Of a stretch of 27,224 nucleotides of DNA, positions 1 to 6,943 are shown one piece after another (the first letter of the stretch is position 1; each line of letters starts with the position of its first letter). A model generated the notes under the pieces. It was not told where the DNA came from. It ran no database searches and was given only the letters and a program-made list of their open reading frames with translations. Origin of the DNA: Parvularculaceae bacterium (GTDB lineage Bacteria > Pseudomonadota > Alphaproteobacteria > Caulobacterales > Parvularculaceae); contig JALWRV010000112.1 of the NCBI GenBank assembly GCA_027080545.1, forward strand, positions 1-27,224, written 5' to 3'. The position numbers and the translations under genes are program-made.

Positions 1-744
1 CTCGCCCGCGGTGCCACGGCTACCATTCCGGTTATGGTCAATGGGCCGGGGGGGTATTTGCAAGCCTGGATGGACTTCAATGGCAACAACTCCTTCGCGG
101 ATACTGGTGAACAAATCGCCACCAATGTGCAAGACAGTGATGGCGATGGATTGATCAATTTGTCGGTGACCATTCCAACAACCGCCACCTCGGCGCAGAC
201 TTATGCGCGCTTTCGCTGGAGCACCACACCGTCCCTATCGGCTACCGGCTCTGCCAATGATGGCGAAGTTGAAGATTATGCGGTGACCTTTACCGGTGCT
301 GCCTCACTGGTTGCGAATAAATCTATTGCCGTGTTTGATCCTGGCGCTTTAGGGCTTTATGCGGTGCCGGGCAATGATGTGATTTACACTTTCACCGTCA
401 CCAACACGGGCTCCGGGCCGGCAGATCCCGGTTCGATCGAAATCATCGACAAATTACCGGCGGAGGTAACGTTCTATAATGGGGATATTGATGATGCAGG
501 GCCAGAGCTCAATCCGGTTGCATTTAGTCAATCGAGTGGGGCAGGGCTGACCTTTACCTATGCAACTGATGCGGCCTATTCCAACGCGACTACCAAGCCG
601 GTAAACTTTGCCGCCTGCACCTATACGCCGACAGCGGGCTATGATCCGGCGGTAACCTATATATGTTTGCGCCCACAGGGTTCTTTTGCCTCGGGCACCC
701 CTGATCCCAATTTTACCCTGTCTTTCCGTGCTCGGATTGATTGA
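1..744 (+). CDS. 5'-truncated secreted/surface protein: GEVED domain followed by DUF11-like Ig-fold domain
   Basis: Frame 1 is open from base 1 to TGA at 742-744. GEVED signature (GYLQAWMDFNGNNSF...YARFRWST...GEVEDY), then LVANKS...PGNDVIYTFTVTNTGSG (DUF11-like). DxDxDG Ca-binding-like motif (DSDGDG). Confidence 0.75.
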   Translation, partial: LARGATATIPVMVNGPGGYLQAWMDFNGNNSFADTGEQIATNVQDSDGDGLINLSVTIPTTATSAQTYARFRWSTTPSLSATGSANDGEVEDYAVTFTGAASLVANKSIAVFDPGALGLYAVPGNDVIYTFTVTNTGSGPADPGSIEIIDKLPAEVTFYNGDIDDAGPELNPVAFSQSSGAGLTFTYATDAAYSNATTKPVNFAACTYTPTAGYDPAVTYICLRPQGSFASGTPDPNFTLSFRARID

Positions 745-884
745 GGATTGGGTGTTTTTTTTGCCCTTCACCATAAGCACTGTTCAAGATGACTCTTCGG
801 CGGGCTTCTCCTTTGACAGGCCATCCTTAGACAGGTTCAGGGTGAGGCTCTCTTTTTGATTTTTATTGACTGTTCGCGATTACT

Positions 885-1799
885 TTAGCGGCGATAGTTA
901 AACCAGTCATCAAGTCGGGCGATTATGATATAGATCACTGCCAACACCACCAACACCCCGGCGGCAATTTGAAACGCCTCGCGATAATCTTGAGGTAAGG
1001 GGGCATCAGCCGGTGGTGGAGTGCCTATTTCAGTGCTGGTACCTGTCTCGCCACCCTCTACCGCGTCACCTGCTGTGCTGCTATCGCCTGTTGTGTCGGT
1101 CGTCTTTCCCGTTGATCCGGTCTCATCCGTAGTATTGGTCGCATCGGTGTTTACATCATTACCCGTGTCACTATTTTTGTCACTCTCATTGCCATTCATC
1201 ATCGCCGCCCCAGCTCCGGCAGCCCCACCGGCTCCGGCAACGACAGCGCCGTCAATGGTGCGCGACCCCAATACATTATCTCGTCTTGGGGTGTTTTCTT
1301 CGGGGGTGATGCGGGTTTCATCCTCCACCGTCCCCTCTTCGGAGGCTTCCGGGGGTAAATCGGTGAGGAACAGGGCAGCCTCGGCGGCTCGGCGGCGCAC
1401 CAGACCGGGCACTTCTTGTTTGCGCCCATTGATTGAGGCCTTGTTCCACCAAGTGATGGCTTCGGCAGCTTCGAAATATTTATTCTTGTTGAGCAGTCTT
1501 CGGGCCGTTGATCCACGAAAGGCATTGATCCCGATATTATAGGCTAGGGAAACCAGCGCATCGAATTGGTTTTGCCCCAGTGGCACATTGACTGCGCTGC
1601 TAATGCCATTTTCAAATCGGGTGAGGTCCTGACGTAACAGGTTTTCGGCCTCTTGCTCGGAAATGCTCATACCCTCGGATACATCACTACCCGTATGGCC
1701 ATAGCCAATGGTCCATATGCCCGCAATATCCTGGTAGGCCTCCAAGCGCAGGCCTTCGAAATGTTTGATCAGGTCAATACCTGTTTGTGAGACTTTCAT
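885..1799 (-). CDS. GH24 (phage lambda/T4/P21-type) lysozyme with acidic low-complexity linker and C-terminal TM helix
   Basis: Intact E-X8-D-X5-T triad (FEGLRLEAYQDIAGIWT), TIGYGHT, NQFDALVSLAYNIG and GLVRRRAAEAALF. Start at ATG 1799 (MKVSQ) chosen because GGAG lies just upstream. C-terminal AFQIAAGVLVVLAVIYIIIA-RLDDWFNYRR. Confidence 0.9.
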   Translation of the reverse strand: MKVSQTGIDLIKHFEGLRLEAYQDIAGIWTIGYGHTGSDVSEGMSISEQEAENLLRQDLTRFENGISSAVNVPLGQNQFDALVSLAYNIGINAFRGSTARRLLNKNKYFEAAEAITWWNKASINGRKQEVPGLVRRRAAEAALFLTDLPPEASEEGTVEDETRITPEENTPRRDNVLGSRTIDGAVVAGAGGAAGAGAAMMNGNESDKNSDTGNDVNTDATNTTDETGSTGKTTDTTGDSSTAGDAVEGGETGTSTEIGTPPPADAPLPQDYREAFQIAAGVLVVLAVIYIIIARLDDWFNYRR

Positions 1800-2233
1800 T
1801 CTACTCCCCAAACCATACACGCCCCCATACTCCAGCCATTATGTCAGCAAAACCCGCCACAGGAAAGATAGGCCATAATGTTAGGGCGGGGATAAGATGG
1901 GAAGGGCAGTGGCCAGCCTAAAAGCGCACAATTTGCGCATTATGGAGCGATATGCCCTCACAATGGCGTCAATTGCCCCCTATTGGCTCTTTGTGACCTA
2001 AATAGGCCTGAAGAGGCCTTTATTTGGACATCAGCGATTATTAGCAAAAACCACCAAATTGCGCGTCAAACCTTGTGTCACGGGCCGTTCCCGATTATGC
2101 AGCGCTAAATCCCTAGTCTGTTTCATCTTGGGTGGCAGCTAGGCACATTTCTCGCAAGTGAAGCCAGAGCAGTAAACTGGGCATGGATGGGCAAGATTAA
2201 GATGTCACTTAGAGTTTGGGTTTAGGGAGTAGA
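1800..2233. repeat. 15-bp inverted repeat (14/15 identical) at 1800-1814 and 2219-2233 bracketing the lysozyme/dksA divergent intergenic region
   Basis: Minus strand of 1800-1814 = GGTTTGGGGAGTAGA; plus strand of 2219-2233 = GGTTTAGGGAGTAGA. Each copy contains the Shine-Dalgarno of its gene. Confidence 0.6.
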
Positions 2234-2242
2234 GTTAAGATT

Positions 2243-2659
2243 ATGTCAGTAACAAAAATTGTTGAATATCGCCCTTCAGCTGATGAACCTTATATGAACG
2301 AGCAAATGCTCAACTATTTCCGTCAGAAATTGCTTGATTGGAAAGAGGAAATTCTCAAAGAGAGCAAAGACACGCTGGATCAATTGCAGGAAGAAAATTT
2401 GCGCATGCCGGATGCGGCCGATCGGGCCTCCAGCGAGTCTGATAAATTTCTCGAATTGCGCACAAGAGATCGTCAGCGCAAATTAATCACCAAAATTGAT
2501 GCGGCGTTACGACGCATCGACACGGGTGAATATGGCTATTGCGAGGACACAGGCGAGCCGATTGGGGTTGGTCGTCTGGAAGCGCGTCCGATTACGACCT
2601 TGTGTATTGAAGCGCAAGAACGCCATGAACGCAGCGAAAAAGTGCATCGCGCGGACTAA
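2243..2659 (+). CDS. dksA: RNA polymerase-binding transcription factor DksA (alphaproteobacterial 2-Cys type)
   Basis: EPYMNEQMLNYFRQKL, coiled-coil tip DAADRA, RTRDRQRKLITKIDAALRRI, YGYCEDTGEPIG...RLEARP...LCIEAQE. ATG 2243 follows GGAG. Confidence 0.95.
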   Translation: MSVTKIVEYRPSADEPYMNEQMLNYFRQKLLDWKEEILKESKDTLDQLQEENLRMPDAADRASSESDKFLELRTRDRQRKLITKIDAALRRIDTGEYGYCEDTGEPIGVGRLEARPITTLCIEAQERHERSEKVHRAD

Positions 2660-2719
2660 TCCCAGCCTTTCATTCTTGTGTTATTAGTTTTGCTGATGAC
2701 AGCCATGTGTGTCTATTGA

Positions 2720-2748
2720 TTGACCCTTGGGAACCATCCTTCTAGGCT
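2720..2748 (+). promoter_or_regulatory. sigma70-type promoter of the MAPEG gene
   Basis: TTGACC-N17-TAGGCT, 58 bp upstream of ATG 2807. Confidence 0.6.
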
Positions 2749-2806
2749 CAATCAGTTGCGTCTTTATCTACGCATTTGTTTACACAAGACCGCGAGAGGT
2801 TATCCC

Positions 2807-3208
2807 ATGGTTTTTCCCGTTTATACTGCCATTGCGGCAGCGACCTTAACCCTCATCTTGATGGTTTTAGGGTTTTATACCGTTAGCGCTCGGCGCTCTG
2901 AAAGCACTAGCCTCGGATTTAAAAAAGGATCTACATTGGAAAAACGGGTGCGCGCCCATGCCAATCTAGCTGAATATGGCCCGCTCATTCTGATCAGCTT
3001 GGGACTTATCGAAATCTCCGTCGGTCGTTCTATGGTGGTTGCCGGGCTGGCGGCCTGGTTGATTATCGCGCGCACTCTTCACCCCATTGGCCTGATTACT
3101 AAAACCGGGGCCAATGCATTTCGCTTCATTGGGGCAGCCTCAACCTTTTTAATCGGTATTATTGTCGGCATTTGGCTATTGATTATCGCGGTTAAATATT
3201 TGAATTAG
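2807..3208 (+). CDS. MAPEG family membrane protein (YecN-like)
   Basis: RVRAHANLAEYGP...LIE and ARTLHPIG motifs; 4 hydrophobic segments. ATG 2807 follows GAGAGG. Overlaps the convergent GT gene end by 17 nt. Confidence 0.85.
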   Translation: MVFPVYTAIAAATLTLILMVLGFYTVSARRSESTSLGFKKGSTLEKRVRAHANLAEYGPLILISLGLIEISVGRSMVVAGLAAWLIIARTLHPIGLITKTGANAFRFIGAASTFLIGIIVGIWLLIIAVKYLN

Positions 3209-5384
3209 CAAAGCCGGAGTAGATTGCGTCAATATCTTGCAGCCTCAAAAATGCTTTGGGGTTGTTTGCATTTTGCCATTTAAAAAATTGATCCAGCCGG
3301 TGCAACAAGGCCTCAACCTCTTTTGGGTTTCTAGCATAGGGGTTTGCCCCGGCAGACAGAGAGGATGAGTGCAAGGACAGGCTCATCATTGATACGTGCT
3401 GACGGTTAAGCGCTTTGGCCAGAGCAATCATGTCGGCAATATTGTTGCCTTCCGGTGTTAAGCGCATGGGGGCGCTAAAATGTTTTTGCCCAAGAGAGAG
3501 ATCAGCAAAATTGGCCATATGATTTTCATTGGTGGGAAAGAATAAACGGGTGCGTTTAAGTGCCCGGGCGCCGGAGGGGGGAATGACAGAAAGCAGCTTT
3601 CCAGTGCCGGTTTTATGAAAAAAAGGATCGGCAGATAGGGCAGAAAAATTAGGCCCACCTTGAGGGCGAAAGTCAAAACCGGCACTGGGACTAAAATCAT
3701 GCCGCACACCAATTTCTGCCAAATGATCAAGCACAAAGGGGGCAATGCCATAACGACCAGCACGATGGGTGGTGGCGCGAAACCCAAAAACGCGCTCGAA
3801 CTGGTCGGCCAATGTCTTCAAAGTTTCAAAATGTAAGGTGTGTGGCATTTGTGACTGATAAAGGTGGGATTGCTTTTTCAGCGCATCCTCCGGTGGCGTT
3901 TGCCAGGCGTGAAGGTGCAACCCCAGGCTAGCGCGCCCCTCAGTGTGCAAGGCGTGAAACCAGTCAATATAATCGCTGTCTCGCAATAAGGGCCATGTTA
4001 GAAAATAGTGAGGCTGTATGCCATATTGTTCGCAGAGGGCTTGAAAGGGCGCGAAATCTTCGATGGGAGATAGGCAATAGGCCACGGACTTTCCATCGGC
4101 CCAGTTAAAAATTTCTTCGGTGTCGATTGTTACCAATAGGGGGGGATGTGTTTCAGAAGGAGGAAAGCGACCGACAGTGTGCCATACGGGCTGGGGTTTT
4201 TTGATGGTTTTGGGTTGGATGGTCTTTTCCCACAGGTCAAGAATGTGCGCAGCGGTTTGTTGCCATGAGAATTGTTCCGCATAGAGGCGCGTTTTCTTGC
4301 GATCTGGTAAGTTGGCGAAGAGATCATTCAGGCCATCACGCAAGGCTGAGGCGCTACGTTCGCCAAGAATACGTCCGGCTTCAGGGGCACGGATGACCTC
4401 CGCATTGCCGCCAATATCAAAAGCGATGCAAGGGGTGCCGCAGGCCATGGCTTCGAGCAACACGTTGGGCCAACCCTCGCGGTCTGAACCAAGGGCGAGC
4501 ATATCCACGCGATTATACAGATCGGGTAATTGATCCGGGTGAAGAGCGCCCGTAAAAGAGACACGATCGGCAATATTGAGTTCTTGAACAAGAGATTTGA
4601 GTTTTTTTTCTTCAGGCCCATCGCCAACCACCAACAGGCGAGCCCTGTCAATTTCCGCCACCGCCCGGATCACCAGATCATGACCTTTGCGGTCAATAAG
4701 ATGACCAACCGAAGCAATGGCGGGCGTGGAAGTTCGGTGGCTTGGTGTGATATTTTGTGGATGATAGCGATCCAAATCAACGCCATTACGCAAGGTGTGA
4801 ATTTTATCACCATTCATGCCGAGGGCGATCATTTGTTTACGCAGCGCTCCGCATACGCTGATCGACGCATTGGCGCGTTCGGCGGCGCTAAGAATTTTCT
4901 CTCGTGGCCCCGAAAAATTAGCAATCTGAGTAATATCACTGCCGCGTGCGGTGACAATAACGGGCTTGTTAAATAAGTGAGCGACATTCACCGCCGCAAC
5001 CCCGTCCGGATAATAATAATGGGCATCGATGAGATCAAAATCCCATCCCCCATCAAGTAGTTGCTGTATTGCTCCTTTAAAACAGGCGGTGAGGGTAGAG
5101 GTAACAACCCCCATGCCTATTTTAGGGGGAACGAGATAGCGCGGATGGCGCACATCTACACCGTAACGCCATTCCCGAAGGGGTATCTTGGCATAGTTTG
5201 CATAAGCCCTGAAAATTTTTGCTTTAGAAGGAAACCATGGCACCGGGGCAATCACGCGTATATCTAAATTCTGTTGGCGGGTTTTGGCCAAGGCGGTGAT
5301 GGCGCGCAAGCGGTTTTCGACGAATATCCCATGTGAGGGTTTCACCGAATTGGGAAACAGGCTTGTGAGAACCAGAATGCGCAT
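3192..5384 (-). CDS. Fusion: GT4 glycosyltransferase (TuaC/WlbH-like) + CE4/NodB-like polysaccharide deacetylase (WalW-like)
   Basis: N-half MRILVLTSLFPN...IDAHYYYPDG...SVGHLIDRKG...EGWPNVLLEAMACG (GT4 EX7E). C-half LLVTIDTEE...LGLHLH...HRAGRYG (CE4-like motifs). One uninterrupted 730-aa ORF. Confidence 0.85.
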   Translation of the reverse strand: MRILVLTSLFPNSVKPSHGIFVENRLRAITALAKTRQQNLDIRVIAPVPWFPSKAKIFRAYANYAKIPLREWRYGVDVRHPRYLVPPKIGMGVVTSTLTACFKGAIQQLLDGGWDFDLIDAHYYYPDGVAAVNVAHLFNKPVIVTARGSDITQIANFSGPREKILSAAERANASISVCGALRKQMIALGMNGDKIHTLRNGVDLDRYHPQNITPSHRTSTPAIASVGHLIDRKGHDLVIRAVAEIDRARLLVVGDGPEEKKLKSLVQELNIADRVSFTGALHPDQLPDLYNRVDMLALGSDREGWPNVLLEAMACGTPCIAFDIGGNAEVIRAPEAGRILGERSASALRDGLNDLFANLPDRKKTRLYAEQFSWQQTAAHILDLWEKTIQPKTIKKPQPVWHTVGRFPPSETHPPLLVTIDTEEIFNWADGKSVAYCLSPIEDFAPFQALCEQYGIQPHYFLTWPLLRDSDYIDWFHALHTEGRASLGLHLHAWQTPPEDALKKQSHLYQSQMPHTLHFETLKTLADQFERVFGFRATTHRAGRYGIAPFVLDHLAEIGVRHDFSPSAGFDFRPQGGPNFSALSADPFFHKTGTGKLLSVIPPSGARALKRTRLFFPTNENHMANFADLSLGQKHFSAPMRLTPEGNNIADMIALAKALNRQHVSMMSLSLHSSSLSAGANPYARNPKEVEALLHRLDQFFKWQNANNPKAFLRLQDIDAIYSGFANSNI

Positions 5385-5421
5385 AATTGCTCTTTCAAAA
5401 ATGGTGGCTCATCCTTCTACT

Positions 5422-5437
5422 CGCAAGATTATGGCCA
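5422..5437 (-). promoter_or_regulatory. Candidate sigma54 (-24/-12) promoter for the GT4-deacetylase gene
   Basis: Minus strand TGGCCATAATCTTGCG gives GG-N10-GC with TTGC at -12; 37 bp upstream of ATG 5384. Confidence 0.5.
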
Positions 5438-5626
5438 AGTGCTGATGTCTGGAGGAGGCGAATTTTCGTAGGCTTTATGATTGTCGCGCGCACAATTTTA
5501 TGGGGTATGGGGTGACCTAAAATCAACCCCGTAAGAGCGGTGGGGGAAATAATGCGGCCCTAGGAATGAATGCGCGCCTGCAACTATGGCTAAAAAAGAG
5601 TGTTTAAGGCCTGAACCCAGCATAAA

Positions 5627-5642
5627 TGGCACGAATTTGGCA
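5627..5642 (+). promoter_or_regulatory. Candidate sigma54 (-24/-12) promoter for the sugar transferase
   Basis: TGGCACGAATTTGGCA has a perfect TGGCACG -24 box and GG-N10-GC spacing. Confidence 0.55.
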
Positions 5643-5682
5643 TCTTGTTGGGGGAATGAGTGTGTCTTTATCTGGGGAAGAT

Positions 5683-5711
5683 TTGCATTCAGGTCGCCCA
5701 TCTTCTAAATA
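5683..5711 (+). promoter_or_regulatory. Alternative sigma70-type promoter candidate for the sugar transferase
   Basis: TTGCAT-N17-TAAATA. It lacks the -7 T, which is common in alphaproteobacterial promoters. Confidence 0.35.
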
Positions 5712-5739
5712 AAGGGTGGGAAATATTGGAGTAGCGTAG

Positions 5740-6624
5740 TTGTTGGGGTTTAGCGAATTTATTTCGCAAATTGGTTGGGGTGGCGTGTTTATTTTCACGC
5801 AAATCGCTCTTGCAATCTGTTTGCTGATCTATGTCACGCGGTTGCGTCACACGGCGCAAATCGCGGCCTTTTTTGCTTTGCCGCGTCGACGGGTTTTAGA
5901 AAAACATCGTTTCGGGCGTGTTCTTTTACAGTTTTTTTCGCCAGCGCACCCTGACACGGAACATCTGATCGGCAAAATTGATCTAGCGGATTTTAGGCCT
6001 GCGGAGATTGAGGCCAATCCAGTGGCTAAAGGCGTATGGATTTCGCGTCTGATGAAGCGTGGATTTGATATCATCATGGCGCTTAGCCTGTTGATTTTTA
6101 CTTTTCCGGTATTGGTTGCTTGTGCGGTGGCGGTCAAGGTCAGCTCTCCGGGACCTGTGTTTTACAAGCAGATTCGTGTGGGACGCCATGGAAAGCATTT
6201 TTCCATTTTGAAGTTTCGTTCAATGATCAAAGATGCGGAAAAAGATGGGGCCAGATGGGCAGCCCCGGCCGACGAACGTATCACCAAGGTTGGGGCCTTT
6301 TTGCGCCGCTCTAGGCTCGATGAAATTCCGCAAGTGATTAATATTTTACGCGGAGAAATGAGTTTTGTGGGGCCGCGTCCGGAGCGCCCGGAATTTACCC
6401 AAATGCTTGTGAAACATTTACCCCATTATAACGAGCGCCATTTAATGAAGCCGGGGCTAACCGGATGGGCGCAGGTCAACTCGCCTTATGGTGCATCCGT
6501 CGAGGATTCACGCGATAAGCTTACCTATGACCTGTATTATGTGAAGAATTTTTCCCTCATCCTTGATTTATTTATCATCATCAAGACGGTGCGTGTGGCC
6601 TTGTTCGGCGTCGGGGCGCGTTAA
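5740..6624 (+). CDS. Priming undecaprenyl-phosphate sugar phosphotransferase (Bac_transf; short form of the PEP-CTERM-associated TIGR03013-like enzyme)
   Basis: KRGFDI...SPGPVFYKQIRVG...KFRSM...RITKVGAFLRRSRLDEIPQ...GEMSFVGPRPERP...TGWAQVNSPYGASVED. TTG start with GGAG upstream and an in-frame TAG immediately before it. Confidence 0.9.
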   Translation: MLGFSEFISQIGWGGVFIFTQIALAICLLIYVTRLRHTAQIAAFFALPRRRVLEKHRFGRVLLQFFSPAHPDTEHLIGKIDLADFRPAEIEANPVAKGVWISRLMKRGFDIIMALSLLIFTFPVLVACAVAVKVSSPGPVFYKQIRVGRHGKHFSILKFRSMIKDAEKDGARWAAPADERITKVGAFLRRSRLDEIPQVINILRGEMSFVGPRPERPEFTQMLVKHLPHYNERHLMKPGLTGWAQVNSPYGASVEDSRDKLTYDLYYVKNFSLILDLFIIIKTVRVALFGVGAR

Positions 6625-6873
6625 TAAATACCCCCTCAAAGTCAGTCTTTATATGGGAAATCGTTAAGAGATGGGGCGGGCAAAGGTTAACAAATAGGCC
6701 TGATTTGTTTATCTTAACGGCCTGTAAAGGAGTGGGCTGTTAGTTCAAACTGTATCAAATTGTAACGGATTCTATCTCGGGCGATGGAATCTGACGGTTT
6801 TTGTTGAGGCGATTAATCTATTTGGGTTGTGCGGTAAAAAAATCCCCATAACCGGATATCAAAAGAGCCATTT

Positions 6874-6902
6874 TTGCGCGCAACTTGCATAGGTTGTAAA
6901 GT
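6874..6902 (+). promoter_or_regulatory. sigma70-type promoter candidate for the Wza-like export operon
   Basis: TTGCGC-N17-TAAAGT, 41 bp upstream of ATG 6944. Confidence 0.5.
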
Positions 6903-6943
6903 GAGATGCAAAGCGAATGGGCTGGCTGGAGGAGGCTGGTAAT

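Noticed and set aside
885-1000. Lysozyme C-terminus as a PEP-CTERM-like sorting signal
   Set aside because: It has a TM and RR but no PEP motif or N-terminal signal peptide; it looks more like a phage-lysozyme membrane tail.
1021-1542. 173-aa plus-strand ORF rich in Pro/Val/Ser
   Set aside because: Antisense shadow of the lysozyme's low-complexity region; no RBS and no family motifs.
2539-2610. DksA lacks the four-Cys zinc finger (CxxT...CxxA)
   Set aside because: Established normal state of alphaproteobacterial DksA; not novel.
2000-6703. Identical 12-mer AAATAGGCCTGA in two intergenic regions (2000-2011 and 6692-6703), and 11-mer GCGCACAATTT (1924-1934 and 5488-5498)
   Set aside because: Matches this short are expected by chance in 27 kb, and the flanks do not extend.
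6621-6816. Several TTAA half-sites upstream of the export operon as CtrA boxes
   Set aside because: None pair at N7 spacing.
6874-6889. sigma54-like TTGCGCGCAACTTGCA before the Wza-like gene
   Set aside because: The invariant -24 GG is TG; the site is better explained as a sigma70 -35 box with TAAAGT at -10.
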